Shown here in pieces: positions 19,089 through 28,176 of a stretch of DNA of 64,000 bases (positions are counted from its first letter, which is position 1; the number at the start of each line of letters is the position of its first letter). The notes beneath the pieces were generated by a model. The model was not told the origin of the DNA, did no database searches, and worked only from the letters and a program-made list of their open reading frames with translations. Source of the stretch: Alkalispirochaeta sp. GTDB taxonomy: Bacteria; Spirochaetota; Spirochaetia; DSM-27196; Alkalispirochaetaceae. The translations under genes and the position numbers were made by a program. The stretch lies in the NCBI GenBank assembly GCA_965601925.1, contig OZ271854.1, forward strand, positions 2,368,001 to 2,432,000. The letters run 5' to 3'.

Positions 19089-20063
19089 ATGGCCTCCGCC
19101 GACCGAGATTACACCGCACGCTTCAACCGCGTCGTCGACTATATCGAGGGGCACTTGGCGTCGGCGCTCTCGTTGGACGAACTGGCGCGGGTGGCGAACT
19201 TCTCTAAGTACCACTTCCATCGCCTCTTCCAACTCCACCACGGCGAGACGCTGTTTCAGTTCATACGCCGTCTGCGTCTGGAGCGCGCCGCCGCGCTCCT
19301 TACCGCCAAGCCGACTCTCCCGGTAACGCAGGTCGCCCTGGAGTGTGGATTCGACAATCCGTCGGCCTTCTCCCGCAGTTTCAAAGAGCGCTTCGGCGTA
19401 TCGGCGACCTCATGGCGCTCCGGCGGCGCGACGCCGAGCGCGGAGGAGTGTCGTGCCTCCTTCGGCATCGATCCGACGCTCGATGTCGAGGTGCTGTGGG
19501 AGCAGTTTCCCATTCGACGAGGATTCAGAGACGGTGGGCCGTATTGGGAGGCCGACACGGCTCATGGTGTGGTGCGGCGGGTGCGGATCGAGACGCTTCC
19601 CGATATTGAGGTCGCCTATGTGCGTCATACCGGACGCTACGCAGCCGACTTCCAGCTGTTCGAAGCGCTCTTTCACGCCCTCTTTGCGTGGGCGGCTCCA
19701 CGGGGGCTGGTGCGGTTTCCCCTCGATGCTTACTGCGTCTACCACGACTCCAATACGATTACCGACGACGACAAGCTGCGCGTCAGCGTCTGCCTGCCGG
19801 TACCTCCGGACACCGCGGTCTCCGGCGAGATCGGGAGATTTACGATCTCCGGCGGTGCGTACGCGGTCGTTTCGACGGAACTGGGGCCCACGGAGTACGG
19901 CGAGGCGTGGAGATGGACGTTCGGACGGTGGCTGCCCCAAAGCGGCTACGAGATCGACGACAGGCGCCGCTTTGAGCGGTATCACTCCGAGCATGAACAC
20001 GACACGGTGACACGAGAGCGCCAGCCGGTCGATATTTGCGTACCCGTGGTGCCGTCCGGTTAG
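19089..20063 (+). CDS. AraC family regulator with C-terminal GyrI-like effector domain
   Basis: LA.VANFS.YHFHR.F and VALECGF....FSRSFK..FG.S HTH motifs; VAYVRHTG.Y and WLPQSGY GyrI-like motifs. Confidence 0.92.
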   Translation: MASADRDYTARFNRVVDYIEGHLASALSLDELARVANFSKYHFHRLFQLHHGETLFQFIRRLRLERAAALLTAKPTLPVTQVALECGFDNPSAFSRSFKERFGVSATSWRSGGATPSAEECRASFGIDPTLDVEVLWEQFPIRRGFRDGGPYWEADTAHGVVRRVRIETLPDIEVAYVRHTGRYAADFQLFEALFHALFAWAAPRGLVRFPLDAYCVYHDSNTITDDDKLRVSVCLPVPPDTAVSGEIGRFTISGGAYAVVSTELGPTEYGEAWRWTFGRWLPQSGYEIDDRRRFERYHSEHEHDTVTRERQPVDICVPVVPSG

Positions 20064-20129
20064 CCGCCGGCCGGGGAGCGAGCCGACGGCTCGATGGTCC
20101 GTCGCGCGTCTTGCCGCCCCCTTCGCGTC

Positions 20130-20780
20130 CTACTTCAGCTCCGCCCCTCGCGGTAACGGCCATGGAGAGCGGCCGGGATAGCGATACACGCAATCGCACA
20201 CGGCGTCACCGTCACCGAGCGTTTGCGTGCGAGTAAAGCCGATACCGAGGTAGTGGTTAATCAAATAGTCAATTCTACAGACGGCGGGAAAGAGCGCTCG
20301 TACGCGAAACCGTTCCGAGATTTTGAGTATCGCACACTCGTGAATATCGAATCTCCAGTGGTTCGTGGCCATTCGACGGTAGTTGAACTTCCAGTCCGCC
20401 GGGTGCGTCGCCCCGATGGAGCGTTTGGGTCCCACGACTTGGTGATGCAACGCGGTGAGTCGGCCCAACAGGCGGAGAAACGGACGCGGGAGACCGCTGA
20501 AGAATTTCTCATTGATAAGCCAGATTAACTCGATCCTTGCATCGGTGCTCAGGCGCTTCTCTTCAAGAATCAAGAACCACGAGACATAACAAAGTATGAA
20601 ATAATAGTTTATCTCAAATACACTTCGTCCGATGGCGGGTGCGCTCTCTAGTATCGTCATGAGCCGAGTACGGCTACGCTTTCGCACGTCTTCGTAAAAA
20701 TCCTTCCCGTAGTGCCGGATGAGGGTCCGTTTCGCGCGGCTGAGTACTATATCGTTAAGCGTCGTACAGATGCGCTTCAT
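20130..20780 (-). CDS. L-2-amino-thiazoline-4-carboxylate hydrolase-like family protein
   Basis: FDIHEC, C..DY and TRTQTLG.G...CD Cys pattern; ATG at 20780 after AAGGAGG. Confidence 0.7.
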   Translation of the reverse strand: MKRICTTLNDIVLSRAKRTLIRHYGKDFYEDVRKRSRTRLMTILESAPAIGRSVFEINYYFILCYVSWFLILEEKRLSTDARIELIWLINEKFFSGLPRPFLRLLGRLTALHHQVVGPKRSIGATHPADWKFNYRRMATNHWRFDIHECAILKISERFRVRALFPAVCRIDYLINHYLGIGFTRTQTLGDGDAVCDCVYRYPGRSPWPLPRGAELK

Positions 20781-20793
20781 CCTTGCGGCCTCC

Positions 20794-21489
20794 TTACCTA
20801 CGGTTCCACGTCGGCGGCACCATCTCGATGCCGATGCGCATCGGCTCTCCACGTCGCTCTCGAGCGACGTCCAGCTCGAAGAACTCGATCTCTACTCCCT
20901 TGCGTCGTAGCGCCCTGCGCAACGCACCAGTAAACCACGCCTCTCCCGCGACCCATCGTCGCTCCATCTCGGCGTTAAAGGTCTCGCCGTCGATCGTCGT
21001 GATATCGAGGCGCGACGTGTAGTCGAAGGTGTCGTTGATGTCCAGCTTCGTGCACACACCGCAGAAGGGCGAGCCGGAGATACCGACGACCCCCATGATG
21101 GTAAACCCCAAGGTGTGGTACTCCCGGATTTCACGTGCGACGTTCCGCGCCAGCGCGACCGAGCGGCGGCGCATCATCCTCTTTACCAATGGGAACAGCA
21201 CCTTGATAAAGACGAAAGAGGGCTTATTGCGCGCGTCGAAGCCCGCGAGCAAGCGTTGGCGCAGGACGCCCGCCGCAACCTGCCCGGGACATCTCATTTG
21301 TACGATTCCGATTCGCGCCCGTTGGAGTTCCGCGACGACGTCGTCCATTCCCGCCGGTCTGAAGGCGCCGCCCCAGTACCGCGTGTTTTCGTTGAGTATG
21401 CAGTGGGAGACGAAGATCACCTGCTCTGCGCGTTCGTCGCGTAGTTGATCAATCATGCGCTCCATCTTTTCCCGTGTACGACCGTTCAT
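20794..21489 (-). CDS. DUF523/TudS (2-thiouracil desulfurase)-related [4Fe-4S] protein
   Basis: SHCILN.N, Q..CP and GI.GSP.CG three-Cys pattern. Confidence 0.72.
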   Translation of the reverse strand: MNGRTREKMERMIDQLRDERAEQVIFVSHCILNENTRYWGGAFRPAGMDDVVAELQRARIGIVQMRCPGQVAAGVLRQRLLAGFDARNKPSFVFIKVLFPLVKRMMRRRSVALARNVAREIREYHTLGFTIMGVVGISGSPFCGVCTKLDINDTFDYTSRLDITTIDGETFNAEMERRWVAGEAWFTGALRRALRRKGVEIEFFELDVARERRGEPMRIGIEMVPPTWNRR

Positions 21490-21535
21490 TGATCCCCCGT
21501 GGGAGACTGTGTGGTCTCCCGTGCCGCAGTGAGTC

Positions 21536-22033
21536 TCATTCGATCGCAGTCACCGCCCGTTCGGCGTCGCTCATCGCGACCCACGGGACGAAGTCGCGGC
21601 CGTGATCGCCGAAAAAGACGATACGAATGGGGAACGCTACAACGCCTCCCTCTACGACGGCAAAATCCAAGTTCGACACGGGGTACACCGTTGGTGTCGC
21701 CGACATGAGGCGGTAGTAGCGGATCTCTTCTATTCGATATCGCCCGGCCGAAAGATTCTCCGTGAGCAGATTGCTCCGATTGGGCGAGACGATGAGACGA
21801 TGGAGCGTTCCGCGCTCGCCGCGGAGGACGATTTGAATCGTGTCGTAACGTGCTGAGCTCCACCGATCCGGCAGCTCTACCGCCACAGCGACACGGCCCG
21901 TGGAGACGCCGGTGTCCGCACTCTCGCGATTACCGCTCCCGTGGGCCGGCGCCGGCGTCGATGCGAGGGCCATGAGCGTCATCGCACACACTAATAGGTT
22001 CCTTCTGATCATTCTTTTTCTCGCGTTCTTCAT
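21536..22033 (-). CDS. hypothetical exported protein
   Basis: Basic N-terminus and hydrophobic signal peptide; ATGA-coupled to the ATPase gene. Confidence 0.6.
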   Translation of the reverse strand: MKNARKRMIRRNLLVCAMTLMALASTPAPAHGSGNRESADTGVSTGRVAVAVELPDRWSSARYDTIQIVLRGERGTLHRLIVSPNRSNLLTENLSAGRYRIEEIRYYRLMSATPTVYPVSNLDFAVVEGGVVAFPIRIVFFGDHGRDFVPWVAMSDAERAVTAIE

Positions 22034-23973
22034 CTTTCTCTTCCTCCCATGGATGTATCCGCGCCGACTTCACGGTCGTTGCGACGCAGCAGGCGTAGTC
22101 CATTGAGCACGACGACGATCGTGCTTCCCTCGTGGCTAAGTACCCCTATCGGGAGCGGCACGCCGACGGTGAAGGTGAGGACTACGAGGGTCACGACCAC
22201 TCCCATCGCGATCGCCACGTTTTGCAGAACGATGCGCCGAGCCCTCTTGGCTATCGCGATCGCTCGCACCAGCGCCGACAAGTCGTCGGACATGAGCACC
22301 ACGTCGGCGGTCTCCAGTGCGACGTCGGTACCGGCGGCGCCCATCGCAATACCGACCCGTGCCGACGCCAGCGCCGGAGCGTCGTTAATGCCGTCTCCCA
22401 CCATTGCAACCGGGCCGTGGTCGCGTTGTATCGAATCGATCTCGGTAAGCTTGTCCTCCGGGAGGAGCTCGGCGTGGACGGCGTCGATGCCGATGGTTTC
22501 GGCCATCCGCTGCGCTACCGTTCCGTTGTCGCCGGTGAGCATCGCAACATGATCGATACCCGATAAGCGCAAGTCGCGAACGGTTCTTTCCGCATCGGGG
22601 CGCGGGGCGTCGGCGACGGTCATGGTACCGAGCCACCCCTCGTCTCGGCGCACGACGAGGGTCGTACCGCCCTCCAGCGCGTTCCGTCGCTCCACCTCGC
22701 GGCGAAGATGACTCGGAACATCGCCGTAGGTTTCGTCGAAGAGTCGTGGAGAGCCGACGACGATCCGGCTCGAACCGAGTCGCGCCTCGACCCCTTTGGC
22801 CGTAATCTGACGAAAGGTGTCGGGGTGTAGCGGTGCGAGACCGCGCGCCCCGGCGTAGGCGACGATCGCCCGCCCGATCGGATGCGTGCTGAGGAGTTCC
22901 GCCGTCGCCGCCGCCTCCACCACGTCGGTCTCGGACCACCCGTCGGCGGGATCCACGCGCACGACCTCCAACGTACCGGTACTGAGGGTGCCCGTCTTGT
23001 CGAAGGCGACGGCCCTGATGGTCCCGAGAGCCTCGATGAAGACGCCGCCTTTGAAGAGCACGCCGTGACGGGCGGCGCCGGCGATCGCAGAGAGGAGCGC
23101 CGCCGGGACGCTGATGACCAAGGCGCACGGTGAAGCGACGGTCATAAGCACCATGGCGCGGTAGAAGACCTGCGGAAAGGGGCGCGCTCCCGCCGCGGTC
23201 GCCGCGACAATGTATACCGCGACCGCCAGCATCACCGCGGCGGCGTACCGACCCTCCCACCGCTCCAGAAGGCTCTGAAACTGCGCCTTTTTCTCCCGCG
23301 CGTCGCTCACCATCGCGATAATGCGCGCCAAGGTGCTCTCGGACGACGCCTTGGCGACGCGTACCTCCACCACGCCGGACTGAACGAGCGTGCCTGCGAC
23401 GACGTTACTGCCGGCCGACTTGGTGCAAGGAAGAGATTCGCCGGTGACGGCCGCCTCGTCAAAATCGCTCGATCCCGAGACGATGGTGCCGTCCAGCGCG
23501 ACGCGGTCCCCCGGTCTGAATACCACCACTTCACCGGGAGCGACGCTCTCGATCGGTCGCTTCTGCGTTTCCTCGCCCTTTTTTACCTCCACCGTGTCGG
23601 GGCGCAGCGCCATGAGCGAGGAGATCGCACCCTGGGTTCGACCCATGGCGTACTCCTGCAGTACGTTGCTCAAGGAAAAGAGAAAGAGCAGGGTAGCCCC
23701 CTCGCTCCACGCGTCGAGATACGCCGCGCCGGCGGCGGCGGAGACCATCAGGAGGTCGACTTCGATGCGCCGCCCTATAAGGGCGTTCCAAATTGCGCCG
23801 AGGGCGTCGTATGAGCCGAAGAGATAGGTCGCTGCGTGAACGGCGAGCACCACCGCCCGATCGGCGGCGCTTCGTTCCAGAACGGCTCCGGCGATGAGAC
23901 CTACGAGGGTTAACGATACAAACGCCGCCTTGCGTGCGAATCCCGACGGCATGACCGCTCGTTTCAGTTTCAT
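22030..23973 (-). CDS. heavy-metal P1B-4-type ATPase
   Basis: TGES, SPC, DKTGT, STHP, MVGDGINDAP and HEGST motifs; no N-terminal CxxC domain; ATG at 23973 after AAGGAG. Confidence 0.92.
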   Translation of the reverse strand: MKLKRAVMPSGFARKAAFVSLTLVGLIAGAVLERSAADRAVVLAVHAATYLFGSYDALGAIWNALIGRRIEVDLLMVSAAAGAAYLDAWSEGATLLFLFSLSNVLQEYAMGRTQGAISSLMALRPDTVEVKKGEETQKRPIESVAPGEVVVFRPGDRVALDGTIVSGSSDFDEAAVTGESLPCTKSAGSNVVAGTLVQSGVVEVRVAKASSESTLARIIAMVSDAREKKAQFQSLLERWEGRYAAAVMLAVAVYIVAATAAGARPFPQVFYRAMVLMTVASPCALVISVPAALLSAIAGAARHGVLFKGGVFIEALGTIRAVAFDKTGTLSTGTLEVVRVDPADGWSETDVVEAAATAELLSTHPIGRAIVAYAGARGLAPLHPDTFRQITAKGVEARLGSSRIVVGSPRLFDETYGDVPSHLRREVERRNALEGGTTLVVRRDEGWLGTMTVADAPRPDAERTVRDLRLSGIDHVAMLTGDNGTVAQRMAETIGIDAVHAELLPEDKLTEIDSIQRDHGPVAMVGDGINDAPALASARVGIAMGAAGTDVALETADVVLMSDDLSALVRAIAIAKRARRIVLQNVAIAMGVVVTLVVLTFTVGVPLPIGVLSHEGSTIVVVLNGLRLLRRNDREVGADTSMGGRER

Positions 23974-23992
23974 GATTGCTCCTTGTATTATA

Positions 23993-24048
23993 GTAGTTTT
24001 AATGCAAACTACGTAGTTCATATTAGTACTAATATTCTGGGATGTCAA
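23993..24048 (-). promoter_or_regulatory. ATPase promoter overlapped by two GTAGT-N10-ACTA(C/A) inverted repeats (candidate TrmB operators)
   Basis: TTGACA (24043-48), 17 bp, TAATAT (24020-25) on the minus strand; boxes at 23993-24012 and 24013-24032. Confidence 0.6.
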
Positions 24049-24109
24049 TTGTTTCGTCGCTCCGGAGGGAACGCTGACAGACCGGCGCTACATGGGGCAC
24101 AATGGTGGG

Positions 24110-24889
24110 ATGGACGGTGTCGCCGAGCTGATCGGCATCGGATTTAGCGAGTACGAGGCGAAGGTGTACGTTGCGCTTCTCGGCCGATATCCCGAGACGG
24201 GCTACCAGATCGGGAAGGCCGCGGGCGTGCCGCGCTCAATGGTATACGAGGCGTTGGGGCGCCTGGAGCGTCGTGGAGCGGTGCTCAGCACCAAAGAGGA
24301 GAAAGCGACCTATTATCGCCCCGTCGCGCCGGACCAGTTTCTCCGGCGAATGCACAATGAAACCGAGCGGGCGATCGACGTATTGCGGGGGACGCTCAAC
24401 ACGCTCTACGTGCCCGTTGCCGACGACCGTTTGTGGAGTTTCGGCGGTAGAAAGGAGGCCGAGGCGTACGCCGTCGACCTCGTCGCTCACGCCGATCGTG
24501 AGATCATGGCGATCCTCGGCGATCGCGATGTGGAGTCTCTCACCGATTCCCTCACCGCCGCCGACGAGCGCGGCGTCGCGGTGAACGTCGTGCTGACCGG
24601 CTCGGCCCCTTTCGCCGTCGGAACGGTGATCCGTCACCCCCAACGCGAGACGGAGCTGCACCACTTTCAGGAGACGATGTTGGTCGTCCGCGACGGTCGG
24701 GAACTCCTCATGGCAAACGGCGTCAAGCGGTGTACCGCTACGATCACCAACAATCGACAGATGGTCTCCTTGGCTCACCAATTTGTCTGGATGGAGCTCT
24801 TTGCACAGCGGATCTTTCGCACCCTTGGCGACGATCTTCTCCAACGCCTCTCGGCGGAGGATCGTGCGATCCTCCAAGAGCGGTCGTAA
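24110..24889 (+). CDS. TrmB family transcriptional regulator
   Basis: GFSEYEAKVY.ALL, GYQI.K..GVPRS.VYE.L.RL and YYRPV.P motifs. Confidence 0.9.
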   Translation: MDGVAELIGIGFSEYEAKVYVALLGRYPETGYQIGKAAGVPRSMVYEALGRLERRGAVLSTKEEKATYYRPVAPDQFLRRMHNETERAIDVLRGTLNTLYVPVADDRLWSFGGRKEAEAYAVDLVAHADREIMAILGDRDVESLTDSLTAADERGVAVNVVLTGSAPFAVGTVIRHPQRETELHHFQETMLVVRDGRELLMANGVKRCTATITNNRQMVSLAHQFVWMELFAQRIFRTLGDDLLQRLSAEDRAILQERS

Positions 24890-24909
24890 ATATGGATTCG
24901 CGAAACTCC

Positions 24910-25662
24910 CTATTCGCCTACCGACCACCACGTACGGGCGCGAGCGACATCTCTGCCGTCGACGGACAGGCGGTGTACGTACGAGATGCGATCGGCTGCT
25001 CGGTCGGTGGGGCAGGATTCGGAGATGACTCTCTGACCATACGTTGTCTCGTACAAAAAGCTGATATCGAACGTTTGGACCGCCCCGGATCGCAGTAGGT
25101 CGAGGGGGATCGATTCCAGAACCCACTCGACGTAGATTGTGTTGTTTGCATGGTTGTTGACGTCGATGTCGGCGTAGCGAACGTCGAGTTCCCGTCGGGC
25201 ACTCCACTTCTCACGCGGTGGACTCTTCTCGATGACATGCTCGATCGTTCCCGCTTCGACGTGGCCCTCGTAGCTCCGTATGACGGCGGCGTCTCTCGCA
25301 AGGCGACGCGTCTGCGGGTTGATGAGTAGCCAGTAACTCAAACCTGACGCGACCCGACGGTGAAGGCCGTCCATCAGGATGAACTCACGACGGGCGTACA
25401 GCCTATGCATACCGGTGGGATACGTTCTCACGGTAATTTCCTCGTCTATGTCGGGCGATGGGGCGGCGGATACGGTGAGAAAGAGGTGCGCCATGATCCA
25501 CGCTACGCCGCGATCCTGTAGATCTGCATTGTGAATCTGCATCTTATGTGCATGTCTGACCGCGCCGTCCTGGAAGTACTGAGCGATCGCACTGAGCTTC
25601 AACCGCCCCCGAGGATCGAGGTCGACGATGCGAACACGTTGGATATCCGTCCATACACTCAT
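24910..25662 (-). CDS. acyl-ACP thioesterase (double hot-dog)
   Basis: D.D..G.LK, FQD, REF and VRYADID.NNHANN..Y.EW motifs. Confidence 0.88.
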   Translation of the reverse strand: MSVWTDIQRVRIVDLDPRGRLKLSAIAQYFQDGAVRHAHKMQIHNADLQDRGVAWIMAHLFLTVSAAPSPDIDEEITVRTYPTGMHRLYARREFILMDGLHRRVASGLSYWLLINPQTRRLARDAAVIRSYEGHVEAGTIEHVIEKSPPREKWSARRELDVRYADIDVNNHANNTIYVEWVLESIPLDLLRSGAVQTFDISFLYETTYGQRVISESCPTDRAADRISYVHRLSVDGRDVARARTWWSVGE

Positions 25663-25683
25663 GGTTCCCTCCTCGAACGGTTG

Positions 25684-25709
25684 GTTCGAAAATACAAGAA
25701 CTATCGAAC
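25684..25709. promoter_or_regulatory. 12-2-12 inverted repeat upstream of the thioesterase (candidate ArsR operator)
   Basis: GTTCGAAAATAC-AA-GAACTATCGAAC, matching the box at 26008-26033. Confidence 0.6.
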
Positions 25710-25725
25710 TATCGAGTAAAAAAAA

Positions 25726-26022
25726 TCACTCGAGTAGCGCGTGGATCTGCTTGACGGCATCGACGTTCACGCGGCACACGAAGGTCTGCCCTTCTCGCTC
25801 GCTGGTTACGAGACCGGCGTTGACCAGTTCACGCATGTGGTGCGACACCGTGGATCGACTCACGTCGAGATGCTCGCACGCCATAGAGAACGCTCTACGG
25901 ATACCGGCTGTGCACGTAGCGTCTCCTCGGGCCTTACACGAATCGTAGATGAAGAGAAAGAGCTTCAATCGCTGTTCATTCGCGAGCGCCTTGAACATTT
26001 GCGCCATGTTCGATAGTTCCAT
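25726..26022 (-). CDS. ArsR/SmtB family transcriptional regulator
   Basis: FKALANE.RL, SRSTVSHH..EL..AGLV and R.G motifs; start could be 26007. Confidence 0.9.
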   Translation of the reverse strand: MELSNMAQMFKALANEQRLKLFLFIYDSCKARGDATCTAGIRRAFSMACEHLDVSRSTVSHHMRELVNAGLVTSEREGQTFVCRVNVDAVKQIHALLE

Positions 26023-26062
26023 ACCTTTCGAACAGTGTACGATACCTTTTCACATAAATCAA
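26008..26062 (-). promoter_or_regulatory. arsR promoter and autoregulatory 12-2-12 operator
   Basis: TTGATT (26057-62), 17 bp, TACACT (26034-39); operator GTTCGATAGTTC-CA-TACCTTTCGAAC at 26008-26033. Confidence 0.65.
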
Positions 26063-26221
26063 AGCATTTGCCGCCTTTTTGGAAGTAGTACGCCCCATGG
26101 GCGCCGTGACTCGCCGATACGAGTCACGGCTCATCGCGTCGGCCGACTCCGGGACCGAACTGCCCGCCGTGGCGCGTTTTTGCGACACGGGTGGGGTATC
26201 CGTGCTGGGTCTCGGTCGGGC

Positions 26222-26461
26222 CTACACCATTCCGGCCTCCGCACACAGCCGTTTGAGGATGTCCAAGAGGCTCTTAAGACTCCTGAGATTTATACGCCCC
26301 CCGTCCATCATGATTCCCACGGCCATGCCCGGGATTCCCGCTCGTTTCATTCGATCCTCCAGATACGCCTCCAATTCCGGAGGTCGGTCCAGATGGACAC
26401 AGCCTACGAGCAACACCACGGTGGAACCGATGCAAAGACGGGCAATCAGACGATCCATCAT
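26222..26461 (-). pseudogene. truncated N-terminus of a beta-lactamase-fold serine hydrolase lipoprotein
   Basis: GGAGGTGA RBS, LVGC lipobox, LEAYLEDRMKRAGIPGMAVGIMMDG; stops after about 79 aa without SxxK. Confidence 0.55.
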
Positions 26462-26731
26462 CTCACCTCCCTCGGTATCGCAGTCCCACTTAGGCGAGTG
26501 TGTCGCCAACCAAATGCGCCGCCGCCGTCAAAAAGGCGGAGAACGTTCGGCGAAGCGGTGGCTCTACCGGAGGATCCATCACCCCATCGATTAAGTGAAG
26601 CTGCAGTTCTCTTGTGTTGTCCTCGGTTCGGCGCAAGGTCGCTCCATTCGATTTCCGTTACGGGACGATATTCGGCTACTTCGGCCCGATCTTGTGGTGC
26701 GGAATACTGTTTGCCTCCATTCGGCGGTCCC

Positions 26732-28162
26732 TCAAAAAAAGTATCTCACATTCCACGAGATGCCGTGACCGACCGGGGAGAGCCACGCCTCGTTGCGCCT
26801 CCCATCGTCAAGGCTGAACTGTCCGCTGTAGCGGAGATCGGTGGTCAAGGTGCCCTCGTAGTTCAGGTTGAGCGATGCCGTCGGCGTCACGAAGAGGACG
26901 CGTGAGTCGGGAGAGAATACGAGATTCACGTCGAAGGTCGCGTCGGCGTCGTACCACGGAATGGTGAGGTTCACAAGCCAATAGTGCCGCGCGAAGTACG
27001 ACGGGGTGTACAGCGCGTAGTATTCACCGGTGATACCTCCCGAGTCTTCCAGAGTGTCCAGAGCCTCGGCGTAGTCCTCTCGCCGATCCTGGTCCCACCC
27101 CTCCCCGTTGTAGAAGTATTCCGCGGCGAGTACAGGGCCCGACGGAAAGTAGTACTCCGCGCCCAGGAGACCCGACGGTATCGGCCCATCCCGCATAACC
27201 GTGGCGGCGCCCGTCGCCTCCGGGGCGTTGCGTCGTGAGCGGGATCGGACGACCCCTTCGCCGTAAAACCCGACTCCCCTCACATCTACATAGGTCGCCG
27301 CAGCGACTGCGTTGGGATACGTATCCGCCGGGTCGGACGCTCTCTCCGCGCCGCCGTAAAGACCGGCGACCTTCAATTCCACCGCCGGCGCGATGAGTGT
27401 TATTTCGGCGCCCGCCAACAGTTCGTCGTAGTCCCAGCCGCGTCCGTCGCTCGGCAGCGCCCCGTAGACCTCGGCGAGGAGCCACGCCGCGTGAGTGTAT
27501 TGTACCGTGAGACCGTCCACTCCGCGCAGAGATGCATCGGCGTCGGTCGGGTCCTTCGGTGGGTTGGCGAGATCGACGGGATTCCAACCATACCCGTACC
27601 CGGTGAGATAGCTCTGGCGACCGAGGGTAACGCGTAGGTTCGCATTGGGTGTCCACGCCGCCGATGCTCTGAGGAGGTCGACGGTGTAGATGTACGCATC
27701 AGAGGTAAATGTGAGGTCCGCCACCGCTTGTTCCAAAAGACCTGCCTGCGGATCGGCCACACCGGATGCTGCGGCGGTGAGTGAAGAGACGCCGGACAAC
27801 AGCTCGGCTATAGGATACCGTTTGAGCTGCAGCCACACGTCGAGAGCCCCCGTTTCGCCGGTGTCGGTGAGCTTCAGGTTAATCTCGTTACCAAACGTCA
27901 CATCGCGGAACTCCAGGACGTTACTCGGGTTGAGCGGCGATTCGTAGTCGTCGTACCGTGGAATGTTGAGGCCGACTTCGGGCTTCAGCTCGCCGCTGAA
28001 GGCCGCCTCGCCGACGGCCGTACCGGAAGACAAGACGAACATGATGATCGCCGCAGCGCATACTCCCATACGCAGGATCGCCGGCGATTGGGCGACGTTT
28101 CGTGGGAAGACGCATCCCGTCGGCGACGCCACACGCCTCGATCGTCTCATGTATAATCCCAT
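26732..28162 (-). CDS. putative outer-membrane beta-barrel protein
   Basis: Signal peptide, LGRQ...GYG..WNP.D motif, alternating beta strands, C-terminal VRYFF. Confidence 0.7.
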   Translation of the reverse strand: MGLYMRRSRRVASPTGCVFPRNVAQSPAILRMGVCAAAIIMFVLSSGTAVGEAAFSGELKPEVGLNIPRYDDYESPLNPSNVLEFRDVTFGNEINLKLTDTGETGALDVWLQLKRYPIAELLSGVSSLTAAASGVADPQAGLLEQAVADLTFTSDAYIYTVDLLRASAAWTPNANLRVTLGRQSYLTGYGYGWNPVDLANPPKDPTDADASLRGVDGLTVQYTHAAWLLAEVYGALPSDGRGWDYDELLAGAEITLIAPAVELKVAGLYGGAERASDPADTYPNAVAAATYVDVRGVGFYGEGVVRSRSRRNAPEATGAATVMRDGPIPSGLLGAEYYFPSGPVLAAEYFYNGEGWDQDRREDYAEALDTLEDSGGITGEYYALYTPSYFARHYWLVNLTIPWYDADATFDVNLVFSPDSRVLFVTPTASLNLNYEGTLTTDLRYSGQFSLDDGRRNEAWLSPVGHGISWNVRYFF

Positions 28163-28176
28163 GTGCGGCTCCCCGC

